Below, piece by piece: positions 1-13,519 of a stretch of 64,000 nucleotides of DNA. The stretch comes from Epiperipatus broadwayi (Eukaryota; Animalia; Onychophora): assembly GCA_028023455.1 (NCBI GenBank), contig JAQFVV010000006.1, forward strand, positions 11,160,001 to 11,224,000, given 5' to 3'. The notes beneath the pieces were generated by a model, which saw only the letters and a program-made list of their open reading frames with translations, ran no database searches and was not told the origin of the DNA. The number at the start of each line of letters is the position of its first letter. Within the stretch, counting starts at the first letter, position 1. Position numbers and translations under genes: made by a program.

Positions 1-1097
1 TCTATAAAAATATTGATAATGCAAGAGTTAATTAATGAGTTTTTTGTGACTATTAAATACAGTATTAAGTAAATAAATGTACATTTTATGAGATCGCTAT
101 TCTTAAAGTTATTTTAAATAGACCTCCCCCTCCCCATTAAAGTATTATTAAATATTTTTAAAGACACGCATATGTGATTGGATCTCTCAAAAATTATGTG
201 GATCCAAAAGGATCTTAAGGCAGGAGTTTAATATATAAAGATGTACATTTCTATAAATATAATTATCAACAAATTAAAACGAATGTTAGTTACAACGTAA
301 CCTCATAAGATACCCCACTTTAAGACTATTTTCTTTTAAAGGAAGTAATCAACTAATGACGAATAACATTAATGTGTAAAAGTTGTAATTATTTAACAAA
401 ATTACTCTTTGGAGTTAAAAGGCGTTGACATTCACGTTGAATAGCTTAAATAACTTAAATTTCCGTACCTTGTTAAAGATTTAGTCAAAAAAGGCCTCTG
501 TACAAGAGATCGGTTATATTCAACAACTAAGCTGTGAGGAAAAGATTGCTTCATTTTGCTCATTTTTAATTAAATTATAGTTTTTTGTTCGAGTTGCTTC
601 TTTTTAAAATGAGATAACTTTTAAAGTTTACAAAGTCCCCGATATAATCTTATTAATGGAACCCAAGCGACCTCTAGTCAATAACAAATAAATTAAAATA
701 AAGTGTCTGCAAAATCCTGAAAACGGAAAAAGCAACGTAATATTATGTTATAAAAAGAAAAATTCCATAGAATCAAAATTACATACTATGTTTTTTTATT
801 TTTTTTGTAAATAATGAGTTTTAGGCTTTTTTTTTTTGTTTTTGCTTTAATACTTTCAGGGGTGGGATGCACTGGATAGATCTTTCTTCAGTTCTCCTGA
901 CAATTTTTCTTCTTATTTCCCTAAGCCCCTCACTCTTGAGAGAGTCTTACTTTTTATATTGGAAGACTATTACCTGGAATTGATTATTGCTTTGTTTGCT
1001 TATATTGTTTACTGTTATGAAAGGTCTTGTCATCATTCCATCTTATAAAACCGATACGCATAACCACGTACATGTGAAAAAGATAAATGATCTCCAA

Positions 1098-1131
1098 TAT
1101 CCGTATTTCGTCCTGAAGCAGCATTCATCAG
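1098..1131 (-). ncRNA. Degenerate family-B hammerhead ribozyme motif
   Basis: Minus strand reads CUGAUGA-AUGCUGCUUCAGGAC-GAAA-UACGGA-UA/UUGG. The core is intact but stems I and II carry mismatches. It lies in a diverged family-B repeat (~1030-1150). Confidence 0.6.
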
Positions 1132-2574
1132 TAGGTGCGGATCATAAGACAGTGTGCTGACTGAAGGGAGCTTGAAAGTTTGTTCAAATCTTTAATTATA
1201 TCTAGATTAAATATATACGCTATACTTGTATTTAAATATTATCAAAGGTCTTATATTACACTGCTTGTAATTTTTTTTAACTTTATAAATAACTAAATTA
1301 CGAATTCTTTCATAAGATTAGTTTTTCTACTAATTAGCTGTTTTAATTTTATATGTGCACAATTTATGTGTGCAGTACATATAAAGATGTCTTGACAACA
1401 ACTTGAAATTGTTGATTGTTATCTATATTGGGATTGTTTAAGTGTTGACTGGTTTCTAATGGTTATATATAATACTGTATATATGCACAGGACAATATGT
1501 GAGACTCATCAGTTTTACTTAACCATGAATTAAGAATAAATTTATATTTCTGGTTTGTTTACTACTTAAATTGAAGTTTAGAAAATTACAATTCTTTCAC
1601 TACAATTTATGACTATTATCAATTCTGTCCAGCTATAAGATTATGAACAAATTACTCTTTTCATTTCGGTTCCTTAAACTGAAGTTTAGATCATTTCTTC
1701 ACTGACTCTTAAGAATATTAAAAAAAAAACTACAGAGGAGTTCATAAATTGTTGTTAGTCTAGTTTCTAAAAGGTCAATTAAAAAAACTTATTGACAACA
1801 ATCATTTATTCAAAAATTATGCTTTGTCGTCAGGATTGTTTTTTGAATCCAAACATCTGCTGTTTGAACTTTATTTGACCCACAAATACCCCATTTTTCC
1901 AGCTTATTTTCAATATATATATCCAAGAACAGTTTTTATTCATTCAGAGCCATCTACTGTAAGCTTGAATAATCGATGGACATTAGTTAATGTATTACTT
2001 AATAATTAGTGCCCGAGCGCTTTCAACTCTTATAATCATGGAGAATAAAGAGTAACCATAATTAGTTTTCTATATGCAAATACATGTAAATTAATAGAAC
2101 CATACATGTAAATTTAATTAATCCATTTCTTAGAAATTTTATAACACACATCTTTCCTATTTATAGCTTTATCGTCCCTGGCAATAAAACACATCTCCTT
2201 AACTTTTAATGCCATTTATCTTACTACAAATCACTTGGATTATCAGGTTTACATGCATGACCAGCTGATTTCTGATGCATCGCAAATATTGAGCTGCATG
2301 TCGGGTCCGCTTGGGCTTTGTTGTAAGAGTATCTGTGCTGGGACAATCTTGTCGAGAGGATAGCTTTCATATGTCCACACTCGGGCACTAATTATTATGT
2401 ATTTATAATTTACATTAACTTTTATAATAAATTGGGATTTAACTTTAAGAAGCTTTGCTGTTATGTGTTGATTTGTGCATTAAAATTATATATATATGTA
2501 GTAGGCAGCAGAGTGTGAAATAATTTCTATTTAATGTATTACTATAACCATACCATCAGATCAATTTTCTGGCT

Positions 2575-2810
2575 TATAGTACAATAAACAACTGTTCTTA
2601 AAAACATTCTCATAGTTTTTAATGTTTGGAGAACTTGCTATTGTTTTGACTGCTTGTGCAAGCATAGGAAATGGTGATCATGTGATGTTTAAGTGGTATT
2701 ATACCAATCTTACCCATAGGCTGACAGTTACTGTGGTTTTTAAAAAACCCAAGGTACCAAAATGTATAGTTGCTGAACTGGGTTTAGATCTATGCTATAC
2801 AAATGAATTA
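2575..2810. repeat. Family-C repeat fragment
   Basis: Shares gcttgtgcaagcataggaaatggtgatcatgtgatgtttaagtgg and gtatagttgctgaactgggtttagatct with copies at 27.6, 49.3-49.6 and 59.6-60.8 kb. Confidence 0.7.
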
Positions 2811-2980
2811 GTTTGGTTTGAAAACATCATTGTGTTTTCATCTAGGGCTATTAGCTTTACAGTTACCTGTATAGGTAAAAAGTGGTCGAACTTTCTTTCT
2901 TATTGCATTGGCAAATCCATATATTAGTATCATCTATGTTCTTTATTATTTTTTACAATGCTTTTTTACAACCCACTATT

Positions 2981-3013
2981 GACAGTTTCGATTACCCCAG
3001 TAATCTTCTTCAG
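2981..3013 (-). ncRNA. Minimal type I hammerhead ribozyme (family-A variant, GUC site)
   Basis: Minus strand reads CUGAAGA-A-GAUUAC(UGGG)GUAAUC-GAAA-CUGUC/AAU. It has a perfect 6-bp stem II and only ~3 bp of stem I, and sits in a short foldback (~2935-3085). Confidence 0.75.
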
Positions 3014-3829
3014 AACTTCTACTTAAGATTTGGAAATATAAATAGAAGTTCTGAAGATTGTAAAAGTAATAAAGAACATAGATGGTATTAATATTAAAAA
3101 GTGTTTGCTGGAGGGTTGCATTAAGCCATAGCTTTTACATACAAATAGTACTTGTAACTTTAAAAGTCATTACCCAGCGAACAAAAGAAAAGTCTTGAAA
3201 CTTATACTTTGGTAGTAATTTTGAAAAAACAAGGAAGATCATCTGGACAAAATAATCACCAATATAAAAGCTGCAGAGCATGAAAAAATGTAATAATATC
3301 TTGGAGCACTTGAAATCCAGACCGTGTGTAAATTTGCTAAGTCCATTCCAACTTTTAGAAAAAGAAAGTAAAAAGACTATTCTGGAAAAGAATTTTGCAA
3401 TGAGTATGCAACCCATACTGTAAACCACAAATACATCCACATATAGAACATGCTGATTTATTTCAGTTTGATATGATGTAATGCTGTTTTCTAATTTATT
3501 TAACTGAAGACCTTTCTTTCTAAAATACTTCAACACCTTATATAAAGGTTACTCTAATGTATTTTATTCTCTGGTTATATTTTCCCAAGGGAAACCAACA
3601 TTACACCTCAAGAATATCTTTGAGATAATTCTTATAACGTAAAAGAGGTTCTACTTCTTCCATAAAACCCTATGCTCAAATTTACCATAAAGAACTCTTG
3701 TGAAGCTTTGCACTATTCATTTACTTCGTATGTCCATTCCAAAGAAGATATGATTTTACAATAATGGACTAGTAATTCTAAGGCAGTATGTAACTGGCTT
3801 GTACTGGATGTTTTTTATATATGTAAGTA

Positions 3830-4075
3830 GAGAGATTTGAACTCAGGATTTTTTCAGTCTATTCATCCTCCTCTCCATCTCAAGTAACTGATACACATGA
3901 CAACACACATGTGAAAAAGATACATGATCACCAATATTCGTATTTAATGCAGAACCAGCATGCATCAGTTGGGCCAGATCATAATCTCCCACACATGTAT
4001 ACAATCAGTGCTCAGTTTATATTAAACTAGCAATTTCTCAAACTTTAATGGACAGGCTTCAATGAATTCAAATAC
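3830..4075 (-). repeat. Family-B repeat fragment with decayed HHR (3935-3968)
   Basis: Homologous to 19376-19600. The core is mutated (CUGAUGC, UAAA instead of GAAA). Confidence 0.65.
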
Positions 4076-4149
4076 CTCTACTTACATGAATAATGGGCTT
4101 TACAGTATCACATTAAAAAATTTTGAGACTATCTTTAAATGAAACTTTT

Positions 4150-4900
4150 CAGATGCCTTTGTGTTGTGATTATACGATATCCAAATCTCGCCTCCATACA
4201 ATATAGATAAAATGAACTCGATATGCTAATTTAATTGCAGGAGTTATCTACCTGTGGTGAAATACTCTACCTTTCAATATATTAAAAGCAGCAACAGCTA
4301 TTGAACTTGAACCTCATTAAATAAGTCCACCTTCTACTTGCAAAACAACCAAGCTACTTAAGTTGGTTTACATTCACAAGATGATAACCATATAGGCTAA
4401 AAGTTGCCCAGGATTTTTTTTTCTGTCATTGGGTGCCATGTCTTTATATAATACATTTAAAACATTAAGTACGTGTGATGTATCGTATTTTGAACTGGTC
4501 AACATAGAATAATCGTCAATATACTGTAAATCCAGAATCCAAGAAGTAGAAGTTCTTGTTTCTTCCTTTAATTGATTCAAACTAAAAATTCTTCTCTCAT
4601 AAAACCTATATCACATCTTGACCCCTCTTTTATTAAGCCACATATAAACAATCCCAAAGATTATTATGGATAAAATTTGAATCAATATGGGAAAAAGTAC
4701 ATGTTCTTGTTAAAACCAATCTTTATTCTAAATACCTGAGATTTTTTGCATATAACAACTCTCTCATTCCATCATGTAAAACTGTGTAATATGAATATAT
4801 TTTAGTGGACAACCACCTAATTTCAAACAATTCTACAGACTTGCTTGACTAACCAGGACAACTGCCTTGCCCAAGTCATTAAAAATGGTATACAAATAAA
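4150..4900 (-). pseudogene. RTE-type non-LTR retrotransposon RT fragment
   Basis: ORF 4374..4580 contains ILDLQYIDD, resembling the RT catalytic motif; the same ILDLQYADD segment occurs at ~43.13 kb. Flanks are broken by stops, so the boundaries are approximate. Confidence 0.55.
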
Positions 4901-4917
4901 TCTTTGGTTTAGAAATA

Positions 4918-5222
4918 TATTCTCTTATTCTTCTCTTTCACTTTCTTTACATATCTTCATATAATCATATATTGCTTATAACACTTCTTTCTTATACACT
5001 TTAATGCAACAAATTTTCTTAAAAACTTCTTTATTTTCCTTACAGTTTCGACTGTCCAGCAGTCTTCATCAGAGCTCTAATCTTCTTCAATGCTTTAATT
5101 AAAAAGATTAGAGCTCTGATGAAGACTGCTGGACAGTCAAAACTGTAAGGAAAATAAAGAAGTTTTTTAAGAAAATTTGTTGCATTAACGTGTATAAGAA
5201 AGAAGTGTTATAAGCAATATAT
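4918..5222. mobile_element. Family-A HHR-bearing foldback (arms ~4967-5085 / 5103-5222)
   Basis: Near-perfect inverted arms, each ending at an HHR close to the axis. Homologous to 16.9, 48.6 and 56.3/56.9 kb. Confidence 0.85.
5041..5072 (-). ncRNA. Family-A hammerhead motif, intact core
   Basis: CUGAUGA-A-GACUG(CUGGA)CAGUC-GAAA-CUGUA. Stem I is only ~2 bp by eye. The mirror copy at 5116-5147 (+) has GAAA changed to AAAA. Confidence 0.7.
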
Positions 5223-5599
5223 ACAATCTTTTGTTTCTGATACTTTACTTATATTTATCTGGCAGCACAAGCTATGCAGTACTTTTTGATTATCCAAACG
5301 ATACGGAATCTCTGATAACCATTTATTTATGCTGAGAGCAACCTATTCAATAAAATCCTTGAAAGGATCTTTACAATAGTGGGTAATAATAGTATTCCAT
5401 GATGATTACTGTAATATTGTCTAATCTTTTTATTTGTAAGAATTGGAATAATAGAAGTATTGTTATGATCAGACGGCACATCTTTATGGTTTCATTTATT
5501 CCTAAAAAAAAAAAATATATGAAGCTAAAAAACAATACATAAATGATTATATGTATAGGTAGACCATTACTATAGTTTAATCGATAAGTGTAAAACTTA

Positions 5600-5810
5600 G
5601 ATATATGTAAGATTATGTTCCGGGACACCAGATGAGTGCTGGTTTTGTATGAAATATGCATCCTGGAGATCATACAACTTTTTCACATATCTTTGGTCAT
5701 ATGTTTATGATTACACCTCTACACAAGGTTGTTGGAAGCGGATATAAACTGGTTCCCACCTCACGTAAGAGTGGTATAGTGAAAATTACAGTATAGAAAT
5801 GTTGATTAAG
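5600..5810 (+). repeat. Family-B2 repeat with decayed HHR (5629-5662)
   Basis: CAGAUGA-GUGCUG-GUU-UUGUAU-GAAA-UAUGCA-UC. The downstream part matches the reverse complement of 40570-40730 and 48680-48810. Confidence 0.65.
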
Positions 5811-6099
5811 TAAATGATTATATGGTTATATTTTGTATTACTTAAGTTTGAAGTGGATCGCATATAAGAAAGTTATGGGATATTAATTTGTTGGTGTTAA
5901 CATCACAAGCTAAGGGTAAAAGAGATCCGAAGATGGCATTAAAATGAGATCTCTAAAATATTTAAAAACAGATATAGTGTCAGATCTTTGTAACTATGCA
6001 AGTAAGCTTAAGTTCAAAACTATGGGTTTTTAAAATTAGGGGGTTATTAACTTGGAATAATATAAAGATGTAAAATATGATTTCTAGATGCATAAGAGT

Positions 6100-6500
6100 A
6101 TTATTCCAGATGTGAATCTGAGTTCTCAATGGTGAAGGCAGAAATCAGAAACTGGATTATGGAAGAAGATATATCATTATACTGTATGGTACCCATGGGT
6201 TACTCAAGCTTACAAGAGATGACTCATCAATAGAGTGAAGAAAACTGTTCTTAGAAGCATATAACTTGTGATTATCTTTCATTTAGCATTTTATGGATCA
6301 GTTAATAGAACAGACATTCAAACAATACCTGAAAATTCAAGAGGATAATATTATATTGCAGTTTGATGGCATAGTTTACAAGACTGCCATTTATGAACAG
6401 ATCACCCAACAAACTACTATTAGGATGAAGTAGATAAATTTCACTACCAACTCAGAGGCCATTTTTCAAAGTAGGCTATTACTAAGATAAAGACTCCAAG
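6100..6500 (+). pseudogene. Possible highly decayed RTE LINE 3' fragment
   Basis: A TRLPFMNRSPNKLLLG-like segment resembles the RTE C-terminus; many stops. Confidence 0.25.
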
Positions 6501-9500
6501 TCAAGTTATTCAGATTCTTAACTAATGAATAGACCCAGAATTTGCACTAAAACCTTTCTAGAAAAATAATTTTAACTTATTCCATAGTGTAACTAAAACG
6601 CACTTTCCCAGTTTACCACACTTTATATCTATTATATATATATATCATGTTTATATTATATATATTATCAGCTACTTATTGAGATTTGACTTTTGATCAT
6701 GCATTTCTTTCCAGAGGGTGAATAGACATGTATACGCATTTATCGTATTAATAGCTCCGACCAATCCCCCCCCTCGTACGAAATTTTCCCATGTTCTGAG
6801 TCATCCTTCCCTTTTTGTGAAGTTTTCCTAATATTCAGTCATTCAAGGGTGAGGAAAAGGAATTCGGCTGCTAAATACAAGCATGGATGTACATAAATTA
6901 ATCCAATTCAGTCCCTCCCAAACTGAATCAACTCTCTCACTGCGCGAATGTCCATGTTTATGAGGTACGACCCAAGCGCCAATCTTGCTATTTAACAAAA
7001 ATCGCAGAATTTGCCAAAAGTAAATTAACTCAATAAATTTTAAGCTTTTGCCCAGTTTATACTAGCTTATGCTCGGGTGGTGGTGTAACACGCCAGAGAG
7101 GAAACGGCAGGTGAATTAAAATTTCTCTTTCCCTTTCTTTTACTGTAATCTAACACACAAACATATATCAACACGCACTCTTAGGAAAGTAAAAATGGAA
7201 TCTATTTCAAAACATACAATACGCATTCCAAACCAAAATATATATAATAAAATGTAAAAGAGACAACCAAAAAAAAATAAAGTTTGTTTTATTAAATTTA
7301 AAATCTATTTATGTTTATTTGAATAAAGTTATAAAGTGGCACACATGTGTAGATGACATAATATTCTGTTTACAGGATGTTATAGTTAACGAATAAAATC
7401 TATTATTAAAATACATATAAAGTTATTACACTATTTGATTTTTGTGTATTTAAAGATTGGAAATAATAGCAAATATATTTACCGCTGTTTTGACGTGTCT
7501 TCGTAATTAAATTAAATACCTCTGAGTGCACTCTTTGTGATTATTAATTCTTTTACTTCTATTCTGATTCCTTGGGTGAACGTGGATAAAATTGCGAGTC
7601 CATTTGGTCTTCCAATTCTGTGTTCTAATTACGAAGTTCATCGTTCCATAACAGATCTGTGTAATGGCGGACGTTAGGGACAGGATTCATTTGTCGGGTT
7701 TCTCTCTCTTTTTTTATATAATATTTAGGGCAATCTGTCTCTTAATATCTTGCGTGGTCTCAAAGGTACAGAAGGAGCTGGAGTCTAACATAGACCCCCA
7801 GCACGATGAGAACTTTACCCCATGCGTTTCATGGAGTTCCCTTTATATATTTTTTTGGTCAAAATTATTTTTATAAAATCTCTTCTTTTTGCCATGTATT
7901 GCCTTCTACCTTCTCTCTACAATAATCAATACCCAACTGCCAAAAACAAAATGTCCTCCCTCTCAACAATGTTTTATCTTTTTTTTTTATCTTTAGCCAA
8001 AAATCTTTTTACTCAATACGCGAACAAAAGAAAAACCACTTTAGCAACTTGGTCTTAACTTTTGCTATTTTTGAAAATTCCCTCTAATTACGCTTTGTTG
8101 TTTACCTTGATAATTAGACAATAAAATCCTCAAGAATTTAATTTTTTAATGGACATTCCACCTGTTCTTTTCTTTTAGTTAACACAAAAATCATTTCCAC
8201 AAAGTTTTGAAGTTTGATAATATATTAATATTATTAATTTAAATGAAACATCCAACTATTAATTATATCCGTTTCAATAACAATACAGTCCATTTGATTA
8301 ATTGATTCGTGGAAGGTAAACAAAATTCTTTTTTTTCATATTTTAAAATATTTGAAAATCTCTTGATTTTATTCATTTTTCTTATCCCCTTCAACACAAT
8401 ATTTATCAATATACACGTATGCCACAAAATAAGAATAAAATAAGAGAGAAAGAAAGTAAAATATATGCATTAATATTAGTAACCCATCATCGCTATTATT
8501 TTTTTTATTTACGTAACTATATGTGTAGCTATGTAGTCCTTTCCAAATACACAACTCATGAAACAAAACACATACATACATAGTCTGATTTACTCTCCCT
8601 TGTAACAGGGTTTGAACCCAGTTCCTGTTACAATAGAGATGGCCAACTGCAAATATGCATGTGAAATAAACCCGAGTCAGAATGAATCTGGAACTTTAAA
8701 CAAAGCTGCCACAGTAAATCCAATTTCAACTACCTGCTGTCAACCATTGAAGATATTTACATTTATGCTCAGCAAACTAGGACACTAAATAAAAACAAAA
8801 ATGATTATTTAATGGAGAAGAAATGCTATGTATAGCAGTCTAAATATATTTAAAATTTAGTTTTAACCTAGCATAGGAAATATTATTTTGTGATTTAGTT
8901 CTTAAACCATTGGTTACTCTGTTTAGCACAGGTGGCACTACTATATGGAGTTTTGATTTGATTTAGTTCTTGAGAGGTGGGAATTTCTACTATCATCTAT
9001 TTATTTGGTTGAGCTGGAAAAACAGTAAACATTGCAGGAATTCTAGTCTGGACAGTTAATCTAGCTTCTAATTAGTCAATTAACTATATTTAATTGGCAA
9101 CCATTCAAAAATAATTGAATGATCGAATCCCACTCAGATTTTATATACTGTAAACAAAATTACAAAGAAATCAAGTCATGTATCACATGACGTAATTTAA
9201 CAAGCTTGTATTTCGAATGTTATATATAGATTTTGAAAACAAACTCTTAACAAGCTTTGCAGAATATCCCCAACACCTGACCTTTCAGCTGTGTTTCAGA
9301 CTGACTTCTTGAGCTGTCTCACTTCTGCTCTCTTAACATTTTCATAATTTTTTTATTAATCATTCAATTTCTATATGGCTGGTAGATCAGATTATATTAA
9401 ATCTTCATACTGCTCAGAGATGTATGTACTTTCTTGACTGGAAGTTGGGCCACCATAATTTTGCTTTCTTCATTCTGATTATGGTAACTCGTGTACAAAA

Positions 9501-9599
9501 TTCAAGAAGTTTGTTACCTCTTCAATAGTTTTTCTATTCACGCTAATGACCATTTGTTCAATTCTGAAAGGTAAATTGTGCCTTATGATTCTGATTATT

Positions 9600-10700
9600 T
9601 GACTCTCCATTATTCCATGCACAGATAAAATTTGCAATCTGGAGACCTGTTTTCTAAAGAATTGTGTATAGGTTTCTCATCCTTTAATTTAAACTTCTTG
9701 CATGATCTGATTGCTTCTTGTTTCTCTTCAGACCAGAAGTTACTCAAAATTTGCTTTTTGTACTCTGGATAAGTAATCAGTTTACATATTACTGAATTTC
9801 ATTATTCCTTATTCTGTCCATTCAGATTATTATATGCAATGGCTACTTGTTCTTTCTTACCAAGTGGATTCAGTTTGAAATCTCTAAACTATTTAAATGT
9901 TCTGTCAATGTTTCTCCTGCATCACCTCTAGATATTTTAATTTTCAGGAATTGATTAATACTTTTTAAACTTTCATTACATTTGAGTTTTTGACACGTCA
10001 TTTTGTTTCCTTGGTACAGCTATATCCTTAATATAACTTTCTTCTTGATATTGTTGCACATACTCCTTCAATCTATTATGCACAACTTTCATATCATGAA
10101 TAGAACAACTTTTGTTAATGACAAATCCTTTTTCAGAAGGGTCCTTATATTTTCTTTTTTCTATTCCAATCTCTGTAATCAGTTACTTATTCTTAACATT
10201 GTTTCTTGGACCTTATCCTGGTAGTTTTTAACCATTTCTTATACCATATTGTAAACACCTACAGATTGTTTTCTCTATTCTATTTTTTGCTGGACTTGTT
10301 CTTCCATTCATCTAACCCTCTCTTCTTTCAAAGAAATTATGCTATTTTCTAGTCCAATTTATTTTTCCTTCATTTCTTTAATTTGAAGACAAGTTCCTTT
10401 CATTTCCTCCTGATTTTTATTTATTGCTGCTAGGATTTTAGAATTTTCTTCTTTTGTTTTTCCCTTCTTTCATTATCTTCATTTATTTTTTCAATCATTT
10501 ATTATCTTCTCTTCTTTGTTCCTCCCTTTTTTGTTATCATAGTTTATTGCTGCCAAATGCATCCACAAGGTCCATGTGTCCACAATAAGTTTCTGCTCAT
10601 CTGGTACTTGCACATCCAAGCTCTCCTCTTCTGATATCATCTTAGCCTTTATTTGTTCACTTTTTGCAGGCTCTGCTAATTCCACAATTGTTGTTCACTC
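9600..10700 (-). pseudogene. Decayed LINE ORF1-like (coiled-coil) remnant
   Basis: The minus strand gives a Glu/Lys-rich heptad-like translation with many stops (ORF 10491..10685 is part). Family not assignable. Confidence 0.3.
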
Positions 10701-11113
10701 ATTTTTTTCTTTAATTTCTCTTTCTTTTCTTCTCAACAAAATATTACAACTTTCATGGGTGTTGTTGCTAATTCACATAAATAATGTTTACTAACAGTAG
10801 AATCACCTGTTCAATGCCATGTCAGGACTATTTATACACAGACACTGTCATTCACTTTTCATAGAACAGAATGTTCACTGCCCCACGTTGGGCACCAATT
10901 TTTGCAATGGGCCCTTTATGCTGAAGTACAATTACCTAGCTAAATATAATTTATGTAACAGAAATAATAATTTTGAGTTTGTTTATTCTTATTCTAAATA
11001 TTTGTAATATATAGGGTATATGAGCACAGACTTTCACATGACCCACCACTCTCCACTTCATCTCATAACACTGATACACTTGAATACATATATGTCAAAA
11101 AGACAATCACCAA

Positions 11114-11147
11114 TATACATATTTCATGCTAAACCAGCAATCATCAG
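11114..11147 (-). ncRNA. Family-B1 hammerhead, complete
   Basis: ACCAA-CUGAUGA-U-UGCUG(GUU)UAGCA-U-GAAA-UAUGUA-UA/UUGGU, giving a 5-bp stem I. Predicted cut between 11114 and 11113. Confidence 0.8.
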
Positions 11148-11487
11148 TTGGTCCAATTGTTTACTAACAGTAGAATCACCTGTTCAATGGCACCAGATTG
11201 TGAGGACTATTTATACACACTGTCATTCACTTTTCATAGAACAGAATGTTCAATGCCCCACATTGGGTGCCATGTTTTGCAATGGGCCCTTTATGCTGAA
11301 GTACAATTAACTAGCTAAATATAATTTATGTAACAGAAATAATAATTTTGAGTTCATTTATTCTTACTCTAAATATTTGTATAGGGTATATGAGCACAGA
11401 CTTTCACATGACCCACCACTCTCCACTCCATCTCATAATGCTGATACACTTGAACATATATATGTTGAAAAGACAAATAATCACCAA

Positions 11488-11521
11488 TATACATATTTCA
11501 TGCTAAACTAGCAATCATCAG
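11488..11521 (-). ncRNA. Family-B1 hammerhead, complete
   Basis: Same as 11114-11147 but stem II is UGCUA/UAGCA (G.U replaced by A-U). Predicted cut between 11488 and 11487. Confidence 0.8.
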
Positions 11522-13519
11522 TTGGTCCATTTGTATATTTAGGGATTATATTCTAGTCATAACTGCAGGAAAAGCATGTTCTCAGAGCTATGGTGGTTTT
11601 ATTCTATGGGAAATATATATTTTTATCACTGTTTACAAGTATATATTGGTATACAATTTATTTAATGATAATAACAAAGTATTGCATGTGTGAAATAAAT
11701 TATATTAATAAAGAATAATTTATTAATGAAAAATATAAGAAAATAATGGATGAATAAAATGGAGCATTATAGCCTTCTTTGTGAATATCCTTGTTTAAGT
11801 ACTCATATGAAAGACCATAAGTAAAAGTTCGGCTAACTTCTTTTGTTTCCAAATCTTAATTAATGTTATTTCAAAAATATAAATAACTTACCTTTGAGTA
11901 TTGAAACGGTTACACCTGTTTCACCTATTATCTTTGATAATAGTATATATTTGTTGTACTCAGATGGCGTGTATTTCTTAAATTTTAAAAACTTTATCCT
12001 TATAATATTGCGAGTATGTGCGTATATAATCGTCCTTAAAATTTATAAATATAAAAGTACAATCTCAAATATTTATATACGAGCATATTCCTTTAGATTT
12101 GTTAAAACTGAAATAAACATAACTGTATAATTAATTTATCTATATAGCAGCATAATTTAAATTTATAATATTACTTAGTTTTCAATATTTCTTTCTAAAT
12201 AAGTATTTAAGTCAGTATTCATTTTGACTAATTCCAAGTTTTCAATTCTTTTGTTTGCTTAAAATTACAAGCAGAAAGTTTTATCAGTTTTAACACTTCA
12301 TTCTAAAAATAAATCTTTGGCTAAAATTTGACCTATTTAAAAATTATAACCAAGACCAATTATAATATTCAGTCAGGCATAAATCTATACAAATTGCTTG
12401 TGACCATTTATCTGGGAAATATATCTTTTAAAACCGAAGTCAATTAAAACAATAGAGTCTTTCCAAGTCCAGATTTAGCTATATTTAATATTTTACTAAA
12501 CTGGATATTTGGTTAAGGGCTAATTCGAACTGGTCATCTCATGATGTGGCAGACTCAGAAGTAGGAGGTTACTTCTGTCAAAAATACAGCATAAAAAGGG
12601 GCCCAAAATAGCCACCAAGTCTCTAACCTAGCCTCTTCCATCATCTATCATCATCCGTGTAAATTTTTTTTTGTTGCTGAGAAATTTGTGCTTGCTGCCA
12701 AATTTTATTTCCGAAGACCCGAGTTAACTAAGAAAACTGTTCCTGCCGTTTAGACTGCTAAATCTAAAAAAAACCATCATCCAAGCTGCTATAAAATGAC
12801 CGTTGGCTAGAAGACACAGAGACAGCCGTTTGCTCTTCCACGAGCGGCTACCGATGACAGAAAACCTCCACCATGCCCATCACAAGAGAAAGAACCTGTA
12901 TCTGAGAAACCAGATAGTTCCTGATCAGAGAAATGGAGAAAGCTGCCACAGAGATAAATTCACAAAGTTACATCCCGACTAAAACCTAAGAGAAGCCCAG
13001 CCTGACTGAATATAAAGAGAAGCGCAATGAACAAGGCCTTAAAGACTTTCCGGTAAATCCTTTCTACAAAATATTACATTTCCTAACTAAAACGTATACT
13101 AAATGAAAGCTAGCTAAATAAATCACAGAATTTATAATATTTCTAAATGTTCCACTAAAATGTTTATCATAAAATGGTTTAAATCTTAGAACACACTCAA
13201 TTCTTGCTTGATCATTAATAACTTTAAGTAGGTGTTGACCATTAATAATTTAAATAATCACACACATCTAGTTTCTATAAAACCATACTATAAATTTTTA
13301 TGTCTAAATTATTATCTTATCGATCATTTTATGCAATTCTTATATTTTAAGTTCATGTTTATTGATTTATGCTGTGTTTTTATCAGAACGGAGTCTGGTG
13401 TGTTAATAAATTATTGGGGGGAAGGGAGTGAGCAATTACTTTTATTATATCAATATTGCGATATAAAGAATATAGCTAAGACTCTTTTCTGAATTATATT
13501 TGTGATAGAGTGAATCGAA

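Larger units (their letters stand above)
10788..11530 (-). mobile_element. Tandem dimer of a ~373-nt unit, each ending in a family-B HHR (retrozyme-like)
   Basis: ttactaacagtagaatcacctg starts at 10788 and at 11161, and the units are highly similar throughout. HHR cores lie at 11114-11147 and 11488-11521 on the minus strand. Confidence 0.85.

Noticed and set aside
860-1023. Strong acceptor (poly-T...TTTCAG) followed by open frames
   Set aside because: No recognisable protein, no convincing donor and no partner exon; unsupported without RNA data.
2001-2045. Minus-strand GAAA-GCGC-UC, an HHR-like 3' half
   Set aside because: No CUGANGA and no stem I or II support.
8591-8640. Small hairpin with a B-box-like loop, possibly a tRNA
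   Set aside because: No cloverleaf or A box; at most a SINE scrap.
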